Assembly: GCA_963779415.1 (NCBI GenBank)
Contig: CAVZYA010000002.1
Location: forward strand, 1,664,001 to 1,728,000
Direction: 5' to 3'
Source of the DNA: an uncultured Acidobacteriota bacterium
Lineage (GTDB): Bacteria > Acidobacteriota > Thermoanaerobaculia > UBA5066
Length of the DNA: 64,000 nucleotides
Under the pieces are notes generated by a model. The model did not search any database. It was not told where the DNA came from and saw only the letters and a list, made by a program, of their open reading frames with translations. Every line of letters starts with the position of its first letter. Position 1 is the first letter of the stretch. Shown here piece after piece: positions 25,298 to 34,554 of this stretch. The position numbers and the translations under genes are program-made.

Positions 25298-26757
25298 TGG
25301 CATCGCAAGTGAGGCCCACGGTTTCCCTCCTCTCTTCCGACGACGTCGAGACCATCGTCCAGGAAGCCTGTGACGTCCTCTCCGAAACGGGAGTTCTCGT
25401 CGAGAACCATGACGGACGGCTCCTTCTCCGGGACGGGGGAGCCACGGAAGCCAGCGGTCGCTTCAGGATTCCGGAGGCCATGGCTCGCCGGGCGCTGGCG
25501 ACGGTTCCGCCGCGCATCGAGCTTTTCGACCGGGACGGCGCTCCCGCGATGGACCTGGGCGGAGACCGAGTCCACTTCGATCCCGGCTCGGCGGCCATCC
25601 ACCTCTTCGACGCCTCCACGCGGCGGCGCCGGGCGATCTCGACCCGCGACGTCGTCCGGTTCGCCCGCCTCGTCGACGGCCTGCCGAACTACGCCGCCCA
25701 GTCGACGGCCCTGACGCCGGGCGACGTCCCGGGCGAGGTGGCGGACCGGTACCGCCTCTACCTGATTCTCCGCTCTGCCCGCAAGCCGGTGGTCACCGGC
25801 ACCTTCAGGAAGGACGGCTTCGCCCCGATGCGCGAATTGCTCCTCGCCGCGCGTGGGAGCGACACCGAGCTGAGGCGCCGTCCGCTCGCCATCTTCGACT
25901 GCTGCCCCAGCCCTCCGCTGAAATGGAGCGACCTGACCGGACAGGCGCTCGTCGACTGCGCCCGCTCGGGGATCCCCGCGGAGCTGGTCTCCATGCCGCT
26001 GGCGGGCGCCACCTCGCCGGTCACCCTTCGCGAGGCGGTCGTCCAGCAGTGCGCGGAGAACCTGAGCGGTGTCGTCATCCACCAGCAGGCGGCTGCCGGC
26101 TCGCCGCTGATCTGGGGCGGCTCGCCCGCGGCGATGGACATGCGCCACGGCACGACCCCGATGGGCGCCGTCGAGACGATGATGATCGACCTCGCCGCGT
26201 CGCAGGTGGGGAAGCGGCTCGGCCTCCCGACGCACGCCTACATGGGGCTGTCGGACTCGAAGTGTCCCGACTATCAGGCGGGCTTCGAAAGCGGGATCGG
26301 AACGATCCTCGCGGCGCTGGCCGGCATCAACGTCGTCTCGGGCCCCGGAATGCTCGACTTCGAGATCTGTCAGTCGTTCGAGAAGCTCCTTCTGGATCAC
26401 GACGTCTGCGGCATGGCGCTGCGGCTCGTCCGCGGGATCGACCACCGCGAGGGGGATGCCGCCGCCCTGATCCGGCAGGTCGTCGAGTCGTCCGAGTTCC
26501 TCTCGCACCCCCACACCCGGAAACACTGGAGGGAGGAGCTGACCGTCCCGTCGGGGCTCGTGGCCCGCGACACGTACGGCGACTGGGAGGCCCGTGGCGC
26601 GCCCTGGGCTCACGAGGAGGCCGCGAAGGAGGTCGAGCGCCGGCTCTCGAAGTGCCCGCCCCGCCCCCCGTCGCCCGACGTGACGCACGCTCTCGACGGG
26701 ATCATGCGGCACGAGGTCCGCGCCGCCGGCCTCTCGGAGCTCCCCTCCCTCGAGTGA
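25297..26757 (+). CDS. MttB-superfamily (trimethylamine methyltransferase family) protein, non-pyrrolysine
   Basis: SPPLKW, PLAGATSPVT, MDMRHG, GLSDSKCPDYQAGFE, GPGMLDF; no in-frame TAG; Leu at the apparent Pyl-equivalent position. Confidence 0.9.
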   Translation: MASQVRPTVSLLSSDDVETIVQEACDVLSETGVLVENHDGRLLLRDGGATEASGRFRIPEAMARRALATVPPRIELFDRDGAPAMDLGGDRVHFDPGSAAIHLFDASTRRRRAISTRDVVRFARLVDGLPNYAAQSTALTPGDVPGEVADRYRLYLILRSARKPVVTGTFRKDGFAPMRELLLAARGSDTELRRRPLAIFDCCPSPPLKWSDLTGQALVDCARSGIPAELVSMPLAGATSPVTLREAVVQQCAENLSGVVIHQQAAAGSPLIWGGSPAAMDMRHGTTPMGAVETMMIDLAASQVGKRLGLPTHAYMGLSDSKCPDYQAGFESGIGTILAALAGINVVSGPGMLDFEICQSFEKLLLDHDVCGMALRLVRGIDHREGDAAALIRQVVESSEFLSHPHTRKHWREELTVPSGLVARDTYGDWEARGAPWAHEEAAKEVERRLSKCPPRPPSPDVTHALDGIMRHEVRAAGLSELPSLE

Positions 26758-26787
26758 TCCCGTCAAAGCCGTCGGGGTCAAGCCGTC

Positions 26788-27840
26788 GGGGTCAGGCACC
26801 AATTTTCTATTATACGAAACGGACGATCCGAAGGGTCAGGTCTCATTTTTCTGGTATTCTGTAAGGCATGAGCCGTCCCCTTCGACTCGAGTTCGCCGGA
26901 GCCCTCTGGCACGTCACTTCCCGCGGGAATGAGAAGCGGGAGATCTTCCGCGACGAGGCGGACCGCGAGATGTTCCTCGCGATCCTCGGCCGGACGGTCG
27001 GCCTGTTCCGCTGGACGCTCCACGCGTACGTCCTCTTGGGAAACCACTTTCACCTCCTCGTCGAGACGCCGGAGCCGACGCTCTCGCGCGGGATGAGGCA
27101 GCTGAACGGCCTCTATACGCAGGCCTTCAACCGCCGACACCGGCGTGTCGGGCATCTGCTTCAAGGACGCTTCAAGTCCGTCCTCGTCGACAAGGAGACG
27201 CACTTCCTCGAACTCTCCCGGTACCTCGCTCTGAACCCGGTCCGGGCGGGGGCCGCCCGCTCGGCCCGCGCCTGGCCCTGGAGCAGCTACCGCGCGACCG
27301 CCGGCCTTGCTGCGGCGCCGGCATGGCTGGAGACCGACGCGACCCTCCGGCGTTTCGGGGCGAAGAAGGGCCCGGCCGAGGAGGCGTACCGGAAGTTCGT
27401 CGCCGACGGGAAGAACTCCGGGTACGACCCCTGGGAGCAGGTACAGGGACAGGTCTATCTCGGATCGGACGATTTCGTCGAGGCGGCCGAGAGGCGCGCC
27501 GAGGGACGCGGGGAGGCAGGGAAAGCGCGCCGTCCGCGACTCGTGCGATCGGGCTCGCTTTCCGAGCGGCTCGAGGAGGGGGCGGAGCGCCTCGGGGTTT
27601 CTCTGGAGGAGATGAAGCAGCATCCCCGTTGGCACATCCGCGAGCGGCGTCTCCTCGCGTGGGACGTCCGGCGGCGCGGCCTCTTCCGCCTTCAGGAGAT
27701 CGGCGCGGCGCTCGGCGTCGGGGCCGCCCAGGTCTCGGTGCTCATCCGGGGAGGCGAAGCGCTGGCCGCCTCCGGAGACCGCCTTGCACGGAAGCTCCTT
27801 ACCGGCCGGCCGCTATAATTGAAAATAGGTACCTGACCCC
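26788..27840. mobile_element. RAYT-containing element bounded by 27-bp imperfect inverted repeats
   Basis: Left GGGGTCAGGCACCAATTTTCTATTATA (26788-26814) versus reverse complement of right GGGGTCAGGTACCTATTTTCAATTATA (27814-27840): 24/27 identical. Confidence 0.75.
26868..27818 (+). CDS. REP-associated tyrosine (Y1/HUH) transposase with C-terminal HTH
   Basis: MSRPLRLEF, WHVTSRGN, NHFHLL (HUH), GHLLQGRFKS, YLALNPVRAG, WPWSSY. Confidence 0.92.
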   Translation: MSRPLRLEFAGALWHVTSRGNEKREIFRDEADREMFLAILGRTVGLFRWTLHAYVLLGNHFHLLVETPEPTLSRGMRQLNGLYTQAFNRRHRRVGHLLQGRFKSVLVDKETHFLELSRYLALNPVRAGAARSARAWPWSSYRATAGLAAAPAWLETDATLRRFGAKKGPAEEAYRKFVADGKNSGYDPWEQVQGQVYLGSDDFVEAAERRAEGRGEAGKARRPRLVRSGSLSERLEEGAERLGVSLEEMKQHPRWHIRERRLLAWDVRRRGLFRLQEIGAALGVGAAQVSVLIRGGEALAASGDRLARKLLTGRPL

Positions 27841-27874
27841 CGTCCTTTGACCCCTGTCCTTTGAAGGACCCGTC

Positions 27875-29161
27875 ATGGAGAGATGGAGGCAGAAGACGTT
27901 CGAGGCGATCGTCATCGGGTCGGGCCCCGGCGGAGCCGCCGTCGCGGCCGGGTTGAGCCGTCAGGGGAAGAAAGTCCTGATCCTGGAATGGGGTCAGGGG
28001 ACACCGGTCAGGGGGACGATGCTCCAGAGCATCGCCATGGCCATGGTGCCGGGGCGCAGCCTCCTCATCACCCAGGAACTCCTCGCGCTCGTCCGCGGCA
28101 TCACCGTCGGAGGGAGCTCCATCATGGCCTATGCGACGGCGTTCGATCCGCCGTATGGGATGTTCGAAGCGAGGAAGATCGACATCCGGCCGGAGGTCGA
28201 GGAGACCAGGAGGGAGCTGCCGATCGCTCCGCTCGCGGAGGGTCTCGTGGGCCCCGCCGCCCGTCGCCTCATGGCCAGTGCACGGGATCTGGGGCTCGCC
28301 TGGACGACCTTGCCGAAGATCGTCTTCCAGGACAAGTGCCGCTCCGGCTGTGACAAGTGCACGATGGGATGCCCCTACGGCGCCAAGTGGACGGCCCGCG
28401 CCTACATCGACGAGGCGTGCGCTCGAGGCTCGGAGCTTCTGACCGGAGCCCGCGTCCGGAGCGTGACGGTCCAGAACGACCGCGCGACGGGAGTCCTCTT
28501 CTCGAAGGGCGGAACCAGCTACCGGGTGTCGGCGCCGGTCGTCATCGTGGCGGCAGGGGGCATCGGCACGCCGCTCATTCTCCGCGCATCCGGCATTCCC
28601 GATGCCGGACACGACTTCTTCTTCGATCCGCTGATCGTCGTGATGGGAACCGTGGACGACCTGGACGGTGGAAGGGAATTCCCCATGGCCGCCGGTTTTC
28701 ACGATCCCCGCGAAGGCTACGTCCTCACCGATCTCGTATGGCCCGGATGGCTCTACCGGCTCTTCACGGCGCAGGCGCTCCGGCCGGACCGCCTCGGAGC
28801 TCACGCCCGAACGCTCCCCGTCATGGTGAAGATCAAGGACGATCTCGGTGGCCGCCTCACCCCCCGCGGCGGCGTCCGGAAGCGGCTGACCGAAAACGAT
28901 CGGACGAGACTCCGGCGGGGCGCCGATGTGGCGAAGAGGATCCTCGAGAACGCCGGAGCCCGCCACATCTTCCGTACCCGCTGCATGGCCGTCCATCCGG
29001 GCGGGACGGCAAAGATCGGCGACGTTGTGAACCCGGATCTCCGAACGCGGTTCGAGAACCTCTACGTCTGCGACTGCTCGGTCATTCCGGAGTCGTGGGG
29101 CCTCCCCCCCACGCTCACCCTGATCGCGCTGGGCAAGCGCCTGGTCCGCCATCTCGCCTGA
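27875..29161 (+). CDS. GMC-family FAD oxidoreductase
   Basis: IGSGPGG, VGGSS, CxxxCxxCxxGCPYGAK, HPGGT, NLYVCDCS, PTLTLIAL. Confidence 0.85.
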   Translation: MERWRQKTFEAIVIGSGPGGAAVAAGLSRQGKKVLILEWGQGTPVRGTMLQSIAMAMVPGRSLLITQELLALVRGITVGGSSIMAYATAFDPPYGMFEARKIDIRPEVEETRRELPIAPLAEGLVGPAARRLMASARDLGLAWTTLPKIVFQDKCRSGCDKCTMGCPYGAKWTARAYIDEACARGSELLTGARVRSVTVQNDRATGVLFSKGGTSYRVSAPVVIVAAGGIGTPLILRASGIPDAGHDFFFDPLIVVMGTVDDLDGGREFPMAAGFHDPREGYVLTDLVWPGWLYRLFTAQALRPDRLGAHARTLPVMVKIKDDLGGRLTPRGGVRKRLTENDRTRLRRGADVAKRILENAGARHIFRTRCMAVHPGGTAKIGDVVNPDLRTRFENLYVCDCSVIPESWGLPPTLTLIALGKRLVRHLA

Positions 29162-29195
29162 CTGCTCCCGCCGCGCATATCTCCCGAGGCCGCGC

Positions 29196-30128
29196 TCAGC
29201 CGAGGGTCCGGAAGTACTCGATCGTCTCCCGCAGACCCTCGTCGAGCGGAACCTTCGGCTCCCAGCCGAGGAGGGTGCGGGCCTTCGTGATGTCGGGGCG
29301 GCGCTGCTTTGGGTCGTCGACGGGGAGGGGGCGCCGGACGATCGGAGCGGCCGTCCCGGTCAGCTTCCGGATCGTCTCGGCAAACTCGAGGACGGTCATC
29401 TCGGCCGGGTTTCCGACATTGACCGGGTCGCGGATGTCGGACTTGAGGAGCCGGGCGATGCCGTCGACGAGGTCCGAGACGAAGCAGAAGGAGCGCGTCT
29501 GGGAGCCGTCGCCGAAGACGGTGAGCGGTTCGCTCCGGAGCGCCTGCCCGATGAGGGACGGAACGATGCGGCCGTCGTTCGGGCGCATCCGGGGGCCGTA
29601 GGTGTTGAAGATCCGGGCGATCCGCGTGTCGATGCCGTGGAAGTCCCGGTAGGCGACCGTCATTGCCTCGGCGAAGCGCTTCGCCTCGTCGTAGCAGCCG
29701 CGCGGGCCGACGGGATTGACGTTTCCCCAGTAGCTCTCCGGCTGCGGGTGGACGAGCGGGTCGCCGTAGACCTCGCTCGTGGAGGCGAGGAGGAAGCGCG
29801 CCTTCTTCGCCCGCGAAAGGCCGAGCGCCTTGTGCGTCCCGAGCGCCCCGACCTTCAGCGTCTGGATCGGGATCTGGAGGTAGTCGATCGGCGAGGCCGG
29901 GGAGGCGAAGTGGAGGATTGCGTCGACGGGACCGTCGAGGAAGATGTACTCCGTCACGTCGTGGAAGACGAACCGGAACTTCCGGTTCCCGGCGAGGTGC
30001 CGGATGTTCCGCTCGTGGCCGGTGACGAGGTTGTCGAGCCCGACGACCTCGTGCCCCTCCGCGAGGAGCCGGTCCGCGAGGTGGCTTCCGAGGAAACCGG
30101 CGACGCCCGTGACGACGACGCGCATCAT
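29196..30128 (-). CDS. UDP-glucuronic acid decarboxylase family (UDP-xylose synthase)
   Basis: [42 protein letters not shown]. Confidence 0.92.
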   Translation of the reverse strand: MMRVVVTGVAGFLGSHLADRLLAEGHEVVGLDNLVTGHERNIRHLAGNRKFRFVFHDVTEYIFLDGPVDAILHFASPASPIDYLQIPIQTLKVGALGTHKALGLSRAKKARFLLASTSEVYGDPLVHPQPESYWGNVNPVGPRGCYDEAKRFAEAMTVAYRDFHGIDTRIARIFNTYGPRMRPNDGRIVPSLIGQALRSEPLTVFGDGSQTRSFCFVSDLVDGIARLLKSDIRDPVNVGNPAEMTVLEFAETIRKLTGTAAPIVRRPLPVDDPKQRRPDITKARTLLGWEPKVPLDEGLRETIEYFRTLG

Positions 30129-31423
30129 CCTCTTCCGAGGCCCGCGTACGTCCAGCCGCGACGGCGCATCTCGGCAGGCTCGTAGAGGTTCCGAAGGTCG
30201 ATGAAGTTCTTCGCCTTCATCGTCCGCTCGATCCGCTCGAGGTCGAGCTTCCGGAACTGGTTCCAGTCGGTCGCGAGAACGAGGGCGTCCGCCCCTTCGA
30301 GGCAGGAGTAGACGTCCTCGGCCAGCTCGAGCCCCGGGACCTCCTTCCGCGCGTTCTCCATCGCGGCGGGGTCGTAGGCCACGACCGAGGCGCCCCGGGA
30401 GGTCAGGTCCCGGATCAGGCGGACGCTCGCGCTCTCGCGGATGTCGTCCGTCTCGGGCTTGAAGGCGATGCCGAGGACGGCGACGCGCTTGCCCGAGAGG
30501 CTTCCGCAGACTCTCTCGACCTTCTCGACCATCCGCGCCTTCACCGCGTCGTTCACCTCGAGGACGGTCTCCATGATCCGGAAGCGGGTCCCGTACTTCC
30601 TCGCGAGGTCGACGACGGCGGAAGAGTCCTTCGGGAAGCAGGAGCCGCCGTAGCCGGGCCCCGGAAGGAGGAAGGCGGGAGCGATCCGCTTGTCGAGGCC
30701 CATGCCGCGGGCCACGTCCTTCACGTCGGCCCCCATCCTCTCGCACATCGCGGCGATCTCGTTGATGAACGTGATCTTCAGGGCGAGGAAGCCGTTCGAG
30801 GCGTACTTGATCAGCTCGGCGGACTCCACGTCGGTCACGACGAAGGGGACGCCCGAGACGAGGAGCGGCGAGTAGACGTCCCGGACGATTGCGATGGCCT
30901 GCTCGTCCCGCGAGCCGATGACGACGCGGTCGGGCCGCATGAAGTCCTCGATGGCAGAGCCTTCGCGCAGGAACTCGGGGTTCGAGACGATCGAGAACTT
31001 GTGGCCGCGCGGGTTCTTCCGGAGGATCTCCTCGATCTGCGCGCCCGTCCCGGTCGGGACCGTCGACTTCGTGACGACCACCTTGTAGCCGTTCATGTGG
31101 CCGGCGATCGACTCGGCGACCTGGAAGATGAACGAGAGGTCGGGCGATCCGTCGTCCTTCGGAGGCGTCCCGACGGCGATGAAGATGACGAGGGCTCGCT
31201 CGACCGACTCCGCCAGCTCGGTCGTGAAGCGAAGCCGCCTGGCCTTCTCGTTCTTGTGGATGATCTCCTCGAGCCCGGGCTCGTAGATCGGGGAGATCCC
31301 TTCCTTCAGAAGGGCGATCTTCGCCTCGTCCTTGTCCACGCAGGTGACGTCCATGCCGAAGTCGGCCAGGCACGCGCCCGTGACGAGGCCCACGTAGCCC
31401 GTCCCGACCATGCAGATGTTCAT
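30125..31423 (-). CDS. ugd: UDP-glucose 6-dehydrogenase
   Basis: [40 protein letters not shown]. Confidence 0.95.
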   Translation of the reverse strand: MNICMVGTGYVGLVTGACLADFGMDVTCVDKDEAKIALLKEGISPIYEPGLEEIIHKNEKARRLRFTTELAESVERALVIFIAVGTPPKDDGSPDLSFIFQVAESIAGHMNGYKVVVTKSTVPTGTGAQIEEILRKNPRGHKFSIVSNPEFLREGSAIEDFMRPDRVVIGSRDEQAIAIVRDVYSPLLVSGVPFVVTDVESAELIKYASNGFLALKITFINEIAAMCERMGADVKDVARGMGLDKRIAPAFLLPGPGYGGSCFPKDSSAVVDLARKYGTRFRIMETVLEVNDAVKARMVEKVERVCGSLSGKRVAVLGIAFKPETDDIRESASVRLIRDLTSRGASVVAYDPAAMENARKEVPGLELAEDVYSCLEGADALVLATDWNQFRKLDLERIERTMKAKNFIDLRNLYEPAEMRRRGWTYAGLGRG

Positions 31424-31505
31424 GAAGCGATCCTCTCCTTCGCCCGAAGGTTCCGGGCGGGCGGACGCAGTTTACCGTCGGCCCTGCGCGCGGGCGAGCG
31501 CGGGG

Positions 31506-32528
31506 TCAGCCGCGCCGGCTTCCGCCGAAGGGGCGGCGGAAGATCCCGAACAGCTCCCTCCGGGAGACGGGCCCGGCCGGCTCCCTCTCCGGCGCGTGCG
31601 CCGTCTTCACCCGCGCGTCCGTCGAGCGGACGCCGCCGGTCCCCTGTCGGGCAGAGAGGAGGGAGGCGACGATCCCTCCCATGTTGTAGGCGGGCGACCA
31701 GCCGAGCGTCCCGAAGGCGGCGTCGAGGTTCGCCGCTCGGCGCGGGCGGAGCGGTCCGCGCGGAGCGGTCACCGTGAGGCGAAGGGGCCGGTGCGCGTCC
31801 CGGGCCAGGAGCGCGAGGACCGTGCGCGGGTTGACGAGAAGGCCGCCGCCGAGGTTGAGGACGCGCCCGATCGGGCGGCGGCGAAGGGCCTCGACGACGC
31901 CGCGGACGGCGTCCTCGACGTGGAGAAAGTCCGAGAAGCCCTCCTCCTCGAAGCTGAACTCTTCGCCCCCGAGAATCGCCTCCAGCTCGCGCACCGGGAA
32001 CCGGCGGGGAGGAAACATCGGCCCGAGGACTGAAAAGAGACGAAGAATGACGGCGGGGAGGCCCAGCTCCCCGAGCATCCGCTCCTCCTCCAGCTTCGCG
32101 CGGAGAAGCGGGTCGCTTCCGGCCTCGAGCGGCTCGTCCTCCCGGGCCGGACGCTCCGGCTTCGGGCCGGGGGCGTAGAGCGCGCCGTCGGAGAGGTGGA
32201 GGAGGAGGCCGGTCCCCGCGGTGCGGGCGGCGCGGAAGAGCGGCCCCGCGCCGGGACCCGCCGGGTCGAAGAGGGCCGCGTTGACCACCGCTGCCGGGCG
32301 AAGGCGGACGAAGAGGCTCTCGAGGGCGTCGAGGTCCGCGAGGTCGAGCCGCTCGACGCCCGCCCGCGGATTCTTCGAGAGACGCTCGGCCCGCCATTCC
32401 TTCACCTCGGCGCCGTCGCCGGAACCGTCGAAGCGGTCGGCGGCGATGACGTCTTCCCCCGCGTCGAGAAGGGACGTCGCGATCGCGGCGCCGAGGAGGC
32501 CGGCGCCGCCGGCGACGAGAACGGGCAT
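31506..32528 (-). CDS. NAD-dependent epimerase/dehydratase family protein with degenerate catalytic motifs
   Basis: GGAGLLG Rossmann motif, DFLHVEDAV, LGWSP; YxxxK appears as LLRAK. Confidence 0.75.
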   Translation of the reverse strand: MPVLVAGGAGLLGAAIATSLLDAGEDVIAADRFDGSGDGAEVKEWRAERLSKNPRAGVERLDLADLDALESLFVRLRPAAVVNAALFDPAGPGAGPLFRAARTAGTGLLLHLSDGALYAPGPKPERPAREDEPLEAGSDPLLRAKLEEERMLGELGLPAVILRLFSVLGPMFPPRRFPVRELEAILGGEEFSFEEEGFSDFLHVEDAVRGVVEALRRRPIGRVLNLGGGLLVNPRTVLALLARDAHRPLRLTVTAPRGPLRPRRAANLDAAFGTLGWSPAYNMGGIVASLLSARQGTGGVRSTDARVKTAHAPEREPAGPVSRRELFGIFRRPFGGSRRG

Positions 32529-32532
32529 CCGA

Positions 32533-33753
32533 TCAGCCGTCCGGCGCCGTGGACGGGGCCGCCGCGGGGACGGGGGTCGGCGCCGGGAGCGGAGGCTTCG
32601 CCTCTTCCGCGGCCTTCGTCTCGTTGTAGCGCTTCTCGATACCGGACTTCTGCCGGTCGCGGACGAGCCACCTCAGGAACTTCGACTCGTTGACGCCGAC
32701 GAGGACGTCGTTGATCGCCTCGTAGACCGACGGGTCCGCGATGAGCCGTCCGGCCGTCCCGTCGGTCGAGTCGAGCTTCTCGGCGACGTTCGCCAGGTGC
32801 TTCGAGAGCTTCTCGAGGTCGCCGAGGAACTCCTTCGAGAACCCCTCGTCGTGGACGAGCCGCGGGATCGCCCCCTTCCCCTCGGAGAGGTCCTTCGAGA
32901 AGCTCGCGAGCGAGTCGGCCGTGGCCTTCACCGCGTCGACCATCGCGAAGACCTTCTTCTTCCCCTCCGGATCGGAGAGGAGGGCCGGGACGATCCCTTC
33001 GCCGCTCGTCGTCCCCTTCTCCACGGCCTGAGCGATCCGGTTGATGGAGTCGACGGTCTCGCGCAGCTCGTGGTCGACGTGCCGGGCCAGGCTCTCGTCG
33101 GTCAGGAGCTTTCCGGCGAGGCCCTTTCCTTCCCGGACCTCTTTCAGGACCAGGTTCGCCGACTCGATCGTCTCGCGCAGGGACTTTCCGAGCGCCTTCC
33201 CCTCGGGGCCGGGCGCGGTCACCTCGCCGAGGAACCCCTCGCCCTGCTCGGTCCGCCCGAGGATGTTACGGAGCGACTTCGAGATGGCGAGGACGTTCTC
33301 CACGAGGTCGCCGCCGGAGGCGAGGATCTTGTCCAGCTCGGCGCTCCGGACCGCCTGGATCTCGGAGTCCGGGGGGAGGTCCGGCTTGTCCGGGGAACCG
33401 GGGGAAAGCTCGAGGTACTTGTCGCCGAGGAGGCCGATCGTCTTGATCTCGACCTTGCTGTCGGCCTTGATGAGGTGCTGGTAACGCCGTTCGATGTCGA
33501 AGTAGACCGTCAGGTCCTGGCCCGGCTTCTTCGGGACCTCGATGTCGTGGACGGCTCCGACGACGACGCCCGTGAGCCGCACCTGGTTCCCCGCGGTGAT
33601 CCCCTGCGAGTTCGGGAAGCGGGCGAAGTAGGTCGTGCGCTTGATGAAGAAGCCGCGCTTGCCGCCGATCGTCAGGATGGCGCCCGCGAAGAGGACGAGC
33701 GCGGCGAAGATGATGATCCCGACGCGGGAACGGGTGCGGGCGTCAGCCCTCAT
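32533..33753 (-). CDS. MlaD/MCE family substrate-binding protein
   Basis: N-terminal TM, VRLTGVVVG, GLLGDKYLELSPG, helical repeats. Confidence 0.9.
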   Translation of the reverse strand: MRADARTRSRVGIIIFAALVLFAGAILTIGGKRGFFIKRTTYFARFPNSQGITAGNQVRLTGVVVGAVHDIEVPKKPGQDLTVYFDIERRYQHLIKADSKVEIKTIGLLGDKYLELSPGSPDKPDLPPDSEIQAVRSAELDKILASGGDLVENVLAISKSLRNILGRTEQGEGFLGEVTAPGPEGKALGKSLRETIESANLVLKEVREGKGLAGKLLTDESLARHVDHELRETVDSINRIAQAVEKGTTSGEGIVPALLSDPEGKKKVFAMVDAVKATADSLASFSKDLSEGKGAIPRLVHDEGFSKEFLGDLEKLSKHLANVAEKLDSTDGTAGRLIADPSVYEAINDVLVGVNESKFLRWLVRDRQKSGIEKRYNETKAAEEAKPPLPAPTPVPAAAPSTAPDG

Positions 33754-34534
33754 GCGGTATCTCCTGGGCGGCTAGGAACTCTCGCAGGTCGGCGACTTCG
33801 GAGCGCTTCGCCTCGTCGGGCGTGCCGATGAAGGCGAAGCGCCCGTTCTTCAGGAAGGCGATCCGGTCGGCGACGAAGAGCGTCGACGTGATGTCGTGGG
33901 TGACGACGACGGAGGTCGTTTTCAGGTGCTTGTTGAGGTCGACGATGAGCCGGTTGATCGTCATCGACGTCACGGGGTCGAGGCCGGTCGTGGGCTCGTC
34001 GTAGAGGAGGACGTCGGGCTTGAGCGCCACCGTCCGGGCGAGCGAGACGCGCTTCTTCATCCCGCCCGAGAGCGAGGAAGGGAGAAGCCTCGCCACGTCG
34101 CGCCCGAGGTTCACGAAGCCGAGGACCTCGTAGACCCGCTCGGCCACCTTCTCCTCGGGCATCTCGGACTTGTGCTCCCGGAGGGCGAAAGCCACGTTCT
34201 CGAAGACGGTCATCGAATCGAAGAGAGCGCCTCCCTGGAAGAGCATCCCGACCTTCCGGCGGACCGGCCCGAGCTGGTCCTCGTCGAAGAGAGAGATTTC
34301 GACGCCGTCAACGTAGACCTCGCCGCTGTCGGGGCGCGTCAGGCCGTTCATGTGGCGGAGGGAGACCGACTTGCCCGTCCCCGAGCCGCCGAGGATGACG
34401 AGAACCTCCCCCCGGTAGACTTTCAGGTCGACGTTGTCGAGGACCCGCTTCGGGCCGTAGGCCTTCGTGACCCCCCGGAACTCCAGGACCGGGAGCGTCG
34501 GGTCGCGCTCCAGGTCCTCCCGGAGCACCCGCAT
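33743..34534 (-). CDS. MlaF-type ABC ATPase
   Basis: GGSGTGKS, LSGGMKKRV, YDEPTTGLDP. Confidence 0.92.
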   Translation of the reverse strand: MRVLREDLERDPTLPVLEFRGVTKAYGPKRVLDNVDLKVYRGEVLVILGGSGTGKSVSLRHMNGLTRPDSGEVYVDGVEISLFDEDQLGPVRRKVGMLFQGGALFDSMTVFENVAFALREHKSEMPEEKVAERVYEVLGFVNLGRDVARLLPSSLSGGMKKRVSLARTVALKPDVLLYDEPTTGLDPVTSMTINRLIVDLNKHLKTTSVVVTHDITSTLFVADRIAFLKNGRFAFIGTPDEAKRSEVADLREFLAAQEIPHEG

Positions 34535-34554
34535 GACGAGAGTCTCGGAAATCG

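Noticed and set aside
25297-26757. Pyrrolysine recoding in MttB
   Set aside because: No in-frame TAG; Leu sits at the equivalent position; no pyl genes in the window
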